Origin: Azolla caroliniana
Taxonomy: Eukaryota > Plantae > Polypodiophyta
Length of the DNA stretch: 64,000 nt
Assembly (NCBI GenBank): GCA_043228905.1
Contig: JBHGNT010000015.1
Coordinates: 11,656,001 to 11,720,000, forward strand
Direction: 5' to 3'
The notes under the pieces are model-generated. The model had not been told where the DNA came from. It did no database searches and worked only from the letters and a program-made list of their open reading frames with translations. Shown here piece by piece: positions 12,901 through 25,300 of this stretch. The position numbers and the translations under genes were made by a program. Within the stretch, counting starts at the first letter, position 1; each line of letters begins with the position of its first letter.

Positions 12901-14657
12901 ACTATTTATTGCGAAGAAAGTTTTCCTTCCATGTAGATCACTTGGCACTCCTCTACCTAGTGTCCAAAGCGTCACTTACCGGTAAGTTGGCCCGGTGGAC
13001 TTTGCTATTACAGGAATTCGAATTTGAGATATTCCACTGACCCGGCATACAGCATGCGGTAGCACATTATTTAAGCCGGTTAGATTCCGGTGAAACCGGC
13101 GACGGGGTACCGGACGAGTTTCCGGATGCTGAGCTATTTCGAGTCACCGCGGAAACGACAACAGATGAAACGGTGGCACCATAAGATAAGTGGCTAACAA
13201 ATATGCACCAATTTCTGAGCACCGGATTGCCTCCGGAGGAGATGAACCGAGACGAGAGGAAACGCCTGGCGGTACAAAGCCGGCATTTCTGTTTATTACG
13301 GGACACACTATACCACAAAGGTGCGGACGGTATATGGCGACAAGCGGTGCGCAGCGACGAGAAAGAGGTAATACTATGAGAAGCACACTATGGAGTCGCC
13401 GAAGGCCATTATGCCGGGGATGCGACGGCAAGGAAGATATGGCAAAGTGGCCTATGGTGGCCGACTACATTGAAAGACGCAGTCTGGTACGCGAAAGAGT
13501 GTGACCTATGCCAGCGAATGGGCCAGCCAACGGAACAAGCTAGGATGCCGCACCAGCTAGTACTACCGCTAGAACCATTTCAGAAATGGGGACTGGATTT
13601 TGTCAGACCATTTAAACCACCGGCAATGAGAATTGGCAACCGGTATGTGATCGTCGCGATGGACTATTGCACTAAATGGGTGGAAGCCAAAGCCCTACGA
13701 GACAACACCGCGGTGTCGACGGAAAAATTCTTATACAAATGCATTTGGTGCCGGTACGGATGCCCCATAGAGCTGATAAGCGACCAAGGAGGGCACTTTC
13801 TTGGACAAATAGTGGAGAGCTTGACATCATTCTTTGCGGTAGTACATAAACGAAGCACCCCGTATTACCCACAAGCCAACAGATTAGCTGAGTCAACAAA
13901 CAAAACGGTACAGAATATCCTGCGCAAGATCGTCAATGAAAATCGGATAGATTGGGACACGAAGCTGCACAGTGCGCTCTGGGCTTACCAGACAGCGTAC
14001 AAAACAAGCATCCGAACAACATTGTTCCAGTTAGCATTCGGATTAGAGGTAGTCATGCTAGTCAAATTCTAGGTACCGAGCTTACGGATTCAGATTTGGG
14101 AACGACTCAATGAAAAGGAATCGGAGGCAATTTGGTTAAAGGCTCTGTGTGAACTGGAAGAACACCGACTGGCGAGCATCATGCACTTGGAATTGGAACA
14201 ACGACAACGGAAAGCGTTTGTAGATCGGCACCGGAAGGGAAACAAAAAGATGTTCGAAATCAGCAAGCCAGTACTAGTGTTCCAGACCCGGATGGGTAAA
14301 ATGCCAAGCAAACTATGGTTTAGATGGACCGGACCGTACTAGATCACACGCGGGTTCAATGGGTCTTACCAGTTAGGGACACTTGCCGGTGAGGTGCTGG
14401 GTAAATGGGTCAACGGATTTAGACTAAAACCATACAAAGGACCTATGCCCAAGAACCCATTTGAACGAAGGGTTGCCACCGAATCAGACGCCGGCAGGTC
14501 AACCACGACGGCAACCCGTGAGGAAACCGGCTCCCACCAAGCCGGTAAGGAGGAGCACGAGTCGGCAACTCGGGAAAGCATAACGACGGCAAACCGTCAA
14601 GAGGCTGGCAAGGTGCGCATTTCGGGTAAGGGTCCGACAGGATCGGAGAAAAATTAA
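9915..14657 (+). pseudogene. gypsy A gag-pol (RT and part of RNase H deleted)
   Basis: Colinear with the B polyprotein: gag, Zn knuckles, IDGGSG protease, integrase KWGLDFV..ISDQG; jump at about 12770. Confidence 0.92.
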
Positions 14658-14731
14658 CCACACAATTAATTTTAGAAAAAAGAAAAAAAAACGAATCAAA
14701 GAAATCATGGAAAGAAGTGGTGGAAACGGCC

Positions 14732-17700
14732 ATGCAAACGAGGAGTAAAGAGGCACGTCGAAAAGGTACGAGGAGGCTATGAATAGGACATTAAACCACC
14801 GCCACATGGCACGCAATGCTATTATAGTACATGACCTGCACATGCGGAGGTTCTCGAAAAAGGCGCCAAGATGCAGAGAGAAAAACCCCCACGCATCGAG
14901 ACCTCCTTTCGCGAACCAAGGAGAACTGACGCAGACAGACGCTTGAAGATCAATCGAAGAGAGCTCATGCACAAAGAACCCCCTCACTCACACTCTCCCC
15001 ACCATCAAACCTCGCCAACGCTCTCCGACCTCGACGCAGAGATGGAATGCCAAACACTGTCTGAAGCCGCTAAGAAATGGTTACGGCAACATGGGTTGGA
15101 GGGTTTCTTGACGATCATGGAGGTGGTGCCACACAAGGAGGCCAAAAAGATTATCAAAGAAATCGACACAGAGGTGATCATGGAGGAGGTGATCCGTGCG
15201 TTAACAGGCCTTCCGGAGGGGGGCATCTACACGATCGACAATCCTACCTCCGAGCAGCTCATCAAATATTTCGGTGAGTATTCTCTCGCAAGCAAAGGCT
15301 ATAGGACACAGGGCAGCGAAGACATGTTATTCCGCGAAATTGCCCGTGTACTCCATGAGTTCGGCCACGTATACCCTCAACCCCCCGTTATGCCTCAGAA
15401 CCGAGCAGGCTTGATTATCGCGACGTACGAAGGGGTCAAGGAGGATTGGCCGGTGCTGATCGCCAACGGGTTGTGTACAACTATTGATATCGTAAGAGGA
15501 AAGGACGACAAGGAAGGCCGGAAAATATGGCATGCGGTGACGCAATGGCTCACCCTATTGGCGCCATCTGTCGAGCCCGTCCAAACCAAGAAGCGGGGGA
15601 GAGCAACGGACGGCACCCCGAAACCTGCTTCGAAACGGCAATAGCTATTGGCCTCCAAGGCCACTAAGGGGAAGACGACCGACACAGAGAAGGCGGCAAA
15701 GGATCGCACCAGCCGGAAGCGGTCGACGGACACACATGAGGAGACACCGGCACGATCCCTAAAGAGCCCACTCCACTGACCGGTGCAGCAAGAAACAGAC
15801 ACCCTGGCGGCAAGAATGAATGTCGGGACTCAGGCGGAGGAAATGGAAGAAGAACCCACGGAGCACCTCCAACGGCGGCCGGTGAAGAGCACTGCTGAAT
15901 CAGCCAGGAAGCGTTCGGACCCACAGAAGGATGGAATGCCCGCAACTCACACTGAGCATCCCACGCCAAGGGAGGCACCGGAACCGGGTTAGATGGAACC
16001 GATCACAGATTCAGTCCCTACACAACATGTAGCACCGGCAAGCCCCGTAACTCAAGAGCCGGTTATACAAAGGCCAACCTCCTCAGTCGGCCAAGAACAA
16101 GCAGACAAGGGGTGGCTAGCCGAAACACACCCAGGGCCGAAACGACAAAGTGGTCAGCAGGTAGAACCAGAAGTGCAGCTCGACGCAGTAAGGCGGGACT
16201 AGCCACCGGCAAGTGAACCCATCAGCCAACCCCTCGTGCAGACGCAACAACAGTGCACCGGCAACCAATGGCTCTAGTGGATAGGAGAACAAATTGCCGG
16301 AGTAGTCGGATGCATAAAGGCGGAAGAAAGACCGCAAACGGAACGGTTGCTCGTCACAACCGATGAACTGGAGACGGCCCGGTCAAGGATCCGGTGCCTC
16401 GAACAAGACTCGGATCGGATCACAAGAGACATGGCCAAAACGGCCTTAACCGCAACGCAGATCCAAGCACCAGTGACTTCGGTTGATGTATATATGAATA
16501 AGACCCCGGAGACCGAAACTGTCCTGGAGAAAGATGCGGCGCAAGCCCAAGAGCTTGCGGAATTACGAGACAAACTTGCCGCACAAGAAGCATTACGGAG
16601 CCGTGAACGCGACTTGAAGAAGGCGTCCGAAGATGAATTAAAGAAGACTGTTGAGAACCTCCACTAGGCAGAGGAAAACCTGCGTAAAGGACATCACACG
16701 TATGACCGGCTAAAGGAGGAAAAAGAGAAATTGCTGCAGGAGAAAGACAAGCTGCGACAGATGGCGGAGACGGAAATCGAAAGGCTGAAGGAAGAACTCC
16801 GTCAACAGAAAGACCGGGAGGACCGCGCGCGCCGGCAGATCAACCAGAGGCTGAAGCAGAAGACCGATGATTTTGATCATCTGCACCGGAACTACAAGCA
16901 ACTGGAGACGGAGTATAAGCAACAGCAGGAACGGATGGCCGAGCTCCGGCAAGAAGCTGATAGGGCCACAACGGCACTCGCCGACGAGCGAGCTGAGAGT
17001 TCCAAGCTATTGGAGGAAGCGGCGATGGACCAGATGGAGCTCCACAAGCAGAACCATGAAGAAAAGGAAAGGGCGACAATGGTGTTATAGAGGTTGCAAA
17101 CAACCTATCAAAGTCAATTGTCGCATTATAGGGAGCAGGAGGCGGACACAGTCTGAATCATCAAGCAATTGAAAGAGGAGCGACAAGCCGCAGAGAACAA
17201 ATCACGGATGGGAACCGAACGGATCCAGTGCATCCTCCGGTCATGGCTCACCAAGACCAAAAGCTTGATTGATGAGAGCTTTGTGCGATGGTGGACGAAA
17301 TGGGCACAGAATACGGCAGAACTCCAATTGCTCAAGGCGGACGTGGAAAACCGGCGGAAAGAGGGTGACGAATGTTATACGCTGACATCGGAGGACTTCA
17401 CCGCCATAAGGGATGAGTTGGCCGAAGATTTCACAGCCCTAGCGGATGAACAATTGGTGCAGGTCCGACAACTCGTAGCTCAACTGGACGACGATCGGCT
17501 GGAGGCTCAAATCTAGTTTCAGAGCTATGAGCAGTCCTGGCTTCGGGAAGAAAAAACGAGGAAGGCGGCAACGGTCAACCTTAGTGATGAGGAACCGTCG
17601 CCGGTAGAAGGACCAGACGGTGACGAGGCCAGGGTCAGTCAGCCAAAGACAACTCCGACGGAGGAACCAACGAAGGAAACGCCGGTGCCAGAGTGACAAA

Positions 17701-17813
17701 CGGAGCCGCAACCCCAAACGGAGCAGCCACAGCCACAACAGCAACAACAGATTCCCAACGAGCAATTGGAAATTCTGGAGCAAAGCATTCCAGATATTTT
17801 GGACGAAGCGTAA
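14732..17813 (+). pseudogene. gypsy A extra 3' ORF (globular N-domain, disordered linker, long coiled coil)
   Basis: ORF fragments from 14871 to 17516 are homologous to B 22283-19715; ends TAA at 17811-17813. Confidence 0.8.
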
Positions 17814-17867
17814 AAGGGCCGGATAATGGGTTCGACGTACAAGGTACTGTCCCACGAGCGTGCCATG

Positions 17868-18327
17868 TGTTACCCGGCTGGCAAGAAGGCTTAAGGAGGT
17901 CCAAACGAGAGTGTGAAAGGAATAGTTTATTCTGGAACTGTTGTAATTAGTAGCCTTAATATATATTAATGTATGAGAAGATGTGGACGGACGGACCGGA
18001 ATCGGTATGCCGATCCGGATCCGAACCGATCCCGAAAAGGTGCCGGTTGGCACCGTTTTGTACTTCGCACCGGAGACCTATATAAAGGCCCGGTTACAAT
18101 GTAATCGACAGCGGATAATTAATAGAACTTATTGCCTTAATCTTTCAGTATTGATTACCGTTCTGTACTCATTGTTATATCTTACGCGTGTTAATGATGT
18201 GTTGCTCAGTAATCGATTAAGGTCTAATTAAGCGTTGTGTCGTAAGTCATCTTGCCGTAACACCCTTTGGTGAAGTGTCTTAAGTGGACACCCTATGTTA
18301 GGCTGTTGTCCGGCCCTAGGATTAACA
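17868..18327 (+). repeat. 3' LTR of gypsy A
   Basis: Direct repeat of 9400-9859, followed by TSD CTTCC. Confidence 0.95.
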
Positions 18328-18332
18328 CTTCC

Positions 18333-18901
18333 TTGGCATCGAGGTAATTCGAACTCCAACCGACATTATGGTCTCTCAACGGCACTACATCCTCAACTTG
18401 TTATACAAGTTCGAGATAACTGAGTGCACATCTATGGCAACCCCCCTCGACCAAAAACTCAAACAGGATGCCAATTCTGGCACCACAGAGTGTGATCCGA
18501 CACACTATCGACAACTTGTTGGTAGTCTCATCTACCTCACGATCAATCAACCTGACCTGAGTTATCCGGTCAACCTCCTTAACCAGTTCATGCAAACTCC
18601 ACGAGATATCCATTTGGATTGTGCTAAGAGAGTGCTACGATATGTGAACGGAACGATGGAATATGGTATTCTTTATAAGTTGGCCACGCCAATTCAACTC
18701 GAAGGGTACATAGATGCGGACTGGGCCGACTACAAAGCCGATCGACGATCAACCTCTGGTTACGTCTTCTCCCTCAGAAGTGGAGCCATCACTTGGAGTA
18801 GCAAGAAGCAACCAACCATTGCTCTTTCGAGCACAGAGGTCGAATACAAGGGCACGGTGGTGGATGCATGTGAAGCCATATGGCTCAAGAGGATATTGAA
18901 G
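18333..18901 (+). pseudogene. copia I RT C-terminus and RNase H (middle segment)
   Basis: YRQLVGSLIYL, GYIDADWA, RRSTSGY, WSSKKQPTIALSSTEVEY. Confidence 0.92.
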
Positions 18902-19244
18902 TGTTAGGAAACAGGTCCCTCCGGATGGGAAGTGAGAAGAATCCAGAAATCGTGGAGATAGCCAATACGGAAGGCTAAACTTGTAAATAGTCAAAAGGTA
19001 TATAAGTACTTAGGGCAATCATGTTAGATGTGCGCGTTGTTGTAAAATTACTGTTGACGAGGTTGTTGCCTCCATAACTATGAGAATGAACGTGTGTGAG
19101 TGGAAGCGTGTGAGCTCCATAGCCGCCTGTTGGCGAAGCAGGATCTCGAGGTCGTTGCCTTTGAGATCTCTGATTGTATTCCTTTCTCTCATAGTGTTCT
19201 GTTCGGAGTTTGTGGACTCCACGTGGTTTTTTCCCAGTTCGGGT

Positions 19245-19662
19245 TGTTATTCGCTAGCCGGACAAGGCCTAACACAAGGTGTCACGGAGACACTTCACCA
19301 AAGGGTGATTACGGCATAGGATTAAGATTCAACGATTACACCGACTTACGTAGGTTACACGATTAGAATGCTTTGGTTAATTACACGCGTAAGATATAAC
19401 AGTAATTACAGAACGGAAATCAACACAGAAGTATAAACATCATAAGCTATATTAATTATCCGCTATGATTACAATGGGGTCCGGGCCTTTAAATAGGTTT
19501 CCGGCCCGTAGTACAAAACGGTGCCTCTCGCACCTATTCGGGATCCGTCCGGATCTGGAACGGCATACCGTTTCCAGTCCGTCCGTCCACACTATGCTTA
19601 TTACAACCATACTTAATTAATTCCTTCACTCCGTATTTTGGACTCCTTGCCGGCCGGTAACA
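19245..19662 (-). repeat. 3' LTR of gypsy B
   Basis: Direct repeat of 28304-28721. Confidence 0.96.
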
Positions 19663-19714
19663 CATGGCACGCCCGTGGGACAGTACCTTGTACGTCGAAC
19701 CCTTCTCGGCCCCT

Positions 19715-22283
19715 TCATTGTTCACCCAAATTGTCCAAAATACTTTGTTCAAGAATTTCCACTTGTTCTTCCAGTTGTGGTTGTTGCGGCTGTGCTTGCT
19801 GCTGCTGCTGTGGTTGCGGTTGGGACTGCGGCTGTTCCGGCTGCTCTATAGGCGGCTGCTCCGTTTGTTTCTCTGACTCCGGCTGCTCCGTTTGACTGCT
19901 TCCGGTCCGGTCTCCTTCCAGTAACGGTTCCTCATCACTGAGGTTGACCGTAACCGGTTCTCGTTCTTTCTCTCCCCGGATCCGGGACCTCTCGTAGCTT
20001 TCAAACTGGATCTGCGCCTCCAGCCTGTCGTCGTCCAGCTGAGCTACAAGTTGCCGGACTTGCCCTAGTTGGTCGTCTGCCAAGGCTTGAAAGTCTTCGG
20101 CCAGCTCATCTCTTATGCCGGTGAAGTCTTCGGAAGTCAGCATATAGCAATCATCTCCCTCCTTCCGCCGGTTCTCTACGTCGGCCCGGAGCAATTGGAG
20201 TTCCGCCGCGTTCGTGGCCCACTTGGTCCACCATTTGACGGAGCCGTTGTCAATCAAGCTCTTGGTCTGGTTCAACCAGGCCCGCATGATATCCTGGATG
20301 CGACTTGCTCCCATTTGCGCTCTACTTCTGTTTTGGCGTTCCTCCGGAGCCTGTCCTTCTCTTGCAGCATTTTCTCCTTCTCCTCCTTGAGCCGGTCGTA
20401 CGCTTAGTGGCCTTTCCGTAAGCTCTCCTCGGCCCGGCATAGATTCTCAGCAGTCTTTTTGAGTTCTGCCTCCGCTGCCGTCTTCAATTCTCTTTCGCGG
20501 CTCCTCAGCGCTTCTTGGGCAGCTAGCTCATCCTTTAAATCCGCAAGCTCTTGGGCTTGTGCCGCATTTCTCTCCGGAACGGTTTCCGTTGCCGGGGTCT
20601 GATTGCTATGTACAGGTTGATCTGACGCCTTATTCTGTACATTGCCCGGAGTCACCGGTGTTGGACTTGTGTTGTCAAAGCGAATTGAGCCATTTCCCTT
20701 GTGACCTTGTCCAAGTCTTGTTCAAGGCTCCGAATTCTGGACCGGGCCGTCTCTAGATCTACGGTTGTGACGAGCAACCGTTCGTTGTGCGCTCTCTCCT
20801 CCGCCTCTATGTACTCGACTGCTCCGGCGATCTGCTCGCCTACCCACCGTAGCCACATGCTACTGGTGCCTTGCTGCTGTACTGGTCGGGTCGGCTCGTT
20901 CACTGTGGCATTGTCTGGCCTGAGTGCCTGTATCTGCCGTTCCGGTTCTACTCCTTGGCCGTCGTGTGTGCTGGCTAGGCTAGCCGGCTGTTGAGTTCCG
21001 GTTCTCGCCGTCTCCGGAGCCGTTGGAATGACTTCTGGTATAGAAGTCGACAAGGCCGGTTCTACACGCACCGGTTCCGGTTCCTCCCTTGCGGTTTGCT
21101 CAGGTTGAGTTGGGGGCGTTTCTTCCTTCTGCGGGTCCGAACGCTCCCCCGCCGTCCCGGCGGTCCTACTTCTTGACCGCCGTTGGAGGTGCTCTTCTGG
21201 CTCCTCCGTTTCCTCTTCCTGGGTAACGGCATGTTTCCGTGCCGTCAAGGGTTCCGGTTCCTTCTGTCCCGGTCGCCGTATGGTTATCTTAACGGGTCCC
21301 ACCGGTGACACCTCCTCCGGTTCTGGGAGCCTTTTCTTTCCTTTCGTCGCCTTCGACGCCAGCAACTGCTGTCGTTTGGACGCGGGTTTGGAAGTGCTTC
21401 CTTCCGATAATCTTGGCCGCTTCTTTGGCTGAACGGTCTCGACCGGCGGCACGAGCAATGTTATCCATTGCGCTACGGCATGCCACAGCTTCCGGCCCTC
21501 CTTGCCGTCCTTTCCTCGTACCATCTCGATTGCCGCGCACAAACCGTTTGCAATCAACACCGGCCAGTCCACCTAGATCCCTTCATAGGTGGCTATGATC
21601 ATCCCTGCCCGATTTTTTGGCATGACAGGGGGTCGGGGGTACACGTGGCCGTACTCATGGAGCACTCGAGCTATCTCCTTGAACAGCGGATCTTCGCCGC
21701 CCTGCGTTCGATAGCCTTTGCCGGCTACAGAGTACTCACCGAAATATCGGGTGAGTTGCTCCGAGGTTGGATTATCAATCTGAAAAATACCTCCCTCCGG
21801 AAGGCCTGTTAGCGCACGGATCGCTTCCTCGGTGATGACTTCCTTGTCGAGCTCCTTGATGACCTGGTCGGCTTCTTTGTGCGGTGGTGCCTCAATGATG
21901 GTCAAGAACCCGTCCAGTCCGTGTTGCCTGAACCATTTCCTGGCCGCTTCCGACAGCGTTTGTGGTTCCATGTCTGCTTCGAGGTCGAGGAAAGATGGCG
22001 AGGTAGAGTGGTGATGAGAGTGAGAGCGAGAGAGGGAGCGAGACAGAGAGCGTTCCGAACGTGGGGTTTCTCTGAGTGTAGGTTCACATTTGCTAAGCTT
22101 CCACTGCCTTGGTGCTTCTGTGCTTCTTGGCTCGCGAAAAAAGAAGGTCTCCATGCGCTCTTCTTTTTCTCTGTGCGTCTTGGCGCCTTTTTCGAGCATG
22201 CGCACGTCGTGTACCGATTTAGTATTAAGTAACGTGGCGGCTCTTAAATGCCCACTACGTACCTTTTCGCTCCTTGCTTTCAC
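19715..22283 (-). pseudogene. gypsy B extra 3' ORF
   Basis: ORFs 21573-22283, 20652-21572, 20404-20655 and 19715-20440 form one disrupted frame; motifs ITEEAIRALTGLPEGG and RAGMIIATYEGI-VDWPVLI. Confidence 0.82.
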
Positions 22284-22396
22284 ACCCGTTCATACCTCGA
22301 TTTTTAATGATTTTTTTTTATTTTTTTTTATTTTTTTTTATTTTTTTTTATTTTTTTTTATTTTTTTATTTTTTATTTTAATGACGGTATGTGATC

Positions 22397-25300
22397 TTAC
22401 ACATCCGTAGGTCCCTTCGGACCCTTACCGTTTTCCTTACGGGTTGCCGTGTCTTCCTTCGCCTCTGCTACTGGTTCCCCGTCGTCTTTTTCTTCCATCC
22501 GTACCGTTCCCGGTATAGTGCCGGTGGTCTGCATAAACGGGTTCTTTGGCATCGGTCCTTTATAGGGCTTTAATCTAAATCCGTTGACCCACTTGCCTAG
22601 TATTTCACCGGCAAGTGTCCCTAACTGATAGGACCCGTTGTATTCCCGTGTCAGCCAATACGGGCCTGTCCATCTGAACCGGAGTTTACCCGGCATCTTG
22701 CCCATCCTCGTTTGGAATACTAGAACCGGCTTTCCGATTCCGAACATCTTTTCGTTACCTTTCCGGTGACGGTCAACGAACGCTTTCCGTCGTCGTTGCT
22801 CCAGTTCCATGTGTAGGATGCTGGCCAGCCGTTGCTCCTCCAGTTCGCATAGTGCTGCTAGCCGCATTTCCTCCGACTTCTTTTCATTCAGCCGTTCCCG
22901 TAGTTGGATCCGTAAGCTTGGTACCTGAAATTCCACCGGCATGACCGCTTCTAAGCCGAATGCTAACCGGAACGGCGTTGTCCGGATACTTGTTTTGTAT
23001 GCCGTTCGGTACGCCCATAGCGCACTATGGAGCTTTGTGTCCCAGTCCGTACGGTTTTCATTGACAATTTTGCGGAGAATGTTCTGCAGCGTTTTGTTGG
23101 TGGACTCTGCTAACCCGTTCGCTTGTGGGTAGTACGGTGTGCTCCGTTTATGAACCACGGCATAGAACGTTGTTAAGCTTTCCACTACCTGGCCGAGGAA
23201 GTGCCCTCCTTGGTCGCTGATTAATTCAATCAGACATCCATATCGGCACCAAATGTTTTCGTACAGGAATTTTGCTGTGGATGACGCGGTATTGTCTCTC
23301 AAGGCCTTAGCCTCCACCCATTTAGTGCAATAATCCGTTGCCACGATGACATAACGATTACCCGTTCTCATTGCCGGTGGCTTGAACGATTGCCGGTGGC
23401 TTGAACGGTCTGACAAAATCCAACCCCCACTTCTGAAATGGCTCTAGTGGAAGTACCGGTTGGTGTGGCATCCGTGCTTGCTCCGTAGGCTGGCCCATTC
23501 GTTGGCATAGGTCACATTGCTTAGCGTACTTGACGGCGTCTTTTAACGTCGTGGGCCACCACAAGCCGCTCTGCCATACTTTTCTTGCCGTTGCTTCCCC
23601 GGCATAGTGTCCTCCGGCAACCCCACAGTGTGCTTCTCGTAAGATTACTTGTTTCTCATCACTACGGACTGCCCGTCTCCATATTCCATCTACTCCTTTG
23701 TGGTAGAGAGTGTCCCGTAACAGACAGAAATTGCGGCTCTGCACCGCCAGTCGTTTCCTCTCGTCCCGGTTCATTTCCTCCGGTGGCAGGCCCGTGCTTA
23801 GGAACTGGTGCATGTTTGTCAGCCACCTATCTTCTGATGCCACCGTGTCGTCCGCTGCCGTTTCCGGGGTGATACGGAATAACTCTGCGTCTGGGAATTC
23901 ATCCGCTACTCCGTCGCCTGATTCTCCGGACTCTAACCGGCTCAGGTAGTCTGCTACGGCATGCTGGATACCGGGCCGGTGGAAGATCTCGAATTCGAAC
24001 TCCTGCAACAGCAAGGTCCAACGGGCCAACTTACCGGTCAAGGACGCCTTGGACACTAAGTACAGGAGCGCCGAGTGATCCACATGGAAGGAGAACTTCC
24101 TTCCCAATAGGTAATGACGAAACTTTGTTACACTGTAGATCATGCCCAGGGCCTCCCGTTCCGTAGTCGAATAGTTCTTCTCCGCTTGGGACAGCTTCCG
24201 GCTAGCGTAATATACCGGCCGGTACCATTTGGGCTCCGTAAAATGCATTAAGGCGCTGCCGATAGCGATGTCGGAAGCGTCCACGAACACATGAAATTCC
24301 TTGCTCCAATCCGGAGGCTGCACGACGGGTGCTTGCGACAAAAGTACCTTCAGGGCATTGTATGCCTTATCCTCCGTATCCGTCCATTGGAACGGTGTCC
24401 GATGTACCGCGGTGTGTAATGGTGTAGCCAAGTCAGCCAAGTGACGGAGCATCCGGCTGTGCCACCGGATCTGTCCTAAGAATCGGCTTAGTGCTTTGGT
24501 CGTTTTCGGCGCCGGTGCCCCTAGTATCGCGTTTACTTTGTCGGGGTCGACCGCAATGCCCTCCTTACTTACAATGTGTCCCAGCAATATTCCACTTGAA
24601 ACTCCAAAGATGCATTTTGCTGGGTTTAAGCTTAGCCGGTATAACCTACACTTTTCAAGGCATAACCGTAGGTGCTGCAAATGGTCTTTTCCCCGGCTAT
24701 AGACTGCAAAATCATCCAGGAAAACCTGCATGAAGGCAGGAATGTATTCGCCGAAGATCTCCATGATGATTCGTTGGAAAGTTGCTAGTGCCGTTTTTAG
24801 GCCGAACATCATTACTTCGGCCACAAACACCCCCCATTCGGTGACGAACGCTGTCTTCTCCTGGTCGTCGGGGTGCATCCGGATTTGATTGTATCCGCTG
24901 AAGCCGTCTAAAAAGCTATAAACTTCATGGCCGGCGACGGCATCCAGTACTCCATCCGTGAACGGAAGAGGGAATGCATCCGTAATTGTGGCGGCATTTA
25001 GTTTCCTGTAATCTACACACACGCGGATTTTACCGTTCTTCTTGGGGACGACGACGATGGGGCTCAGCCACGTCGCTTTCTTTACCGGCCGGATGAAGCC
25101 CACTCTTAGGAGTTTGTCGATTTCCTCCTTCACTTTGGCGGCGTAGTTGGGGTTCATTCGGTAACGTCTTTGCGCCACTGGTTTCGCGTCCTTGCCTAAG
25201 TGGATCTGATGCTGATATAATTGAGGGTCCAGCCCTCGCATGTCTTCGTATGACCAGGCGAATACGTCGCGAAACTCCGTGAGAAGTTTGATCATCGCCG

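Larger units (their letters stand above)
9400..18327 (+). mobile_element. Ty3/gypsy non-chromovirus element A (RT deleted) with extra 3' ORF
   Basis: 460-bp LTRs 9400-9859 and 17868-18327; perfect TSD CTTCC (9395-9399 and 18328-18332); host RT reads HYFL|GIEV across the insertion. Confidence 0.96.

Noticed and set aside
14732-17813. Retroviral-type envelope gene
   Set aside because: No hydrophobic transmembrane or signal segments are visible; the product is charged and coiled-coil.
17785-17840. Pol III promoter at the GGTTCGA of the PPT-less motif
   Set aside because: B-box tail does not fit and no A box lies about 44 nt upstream in A.
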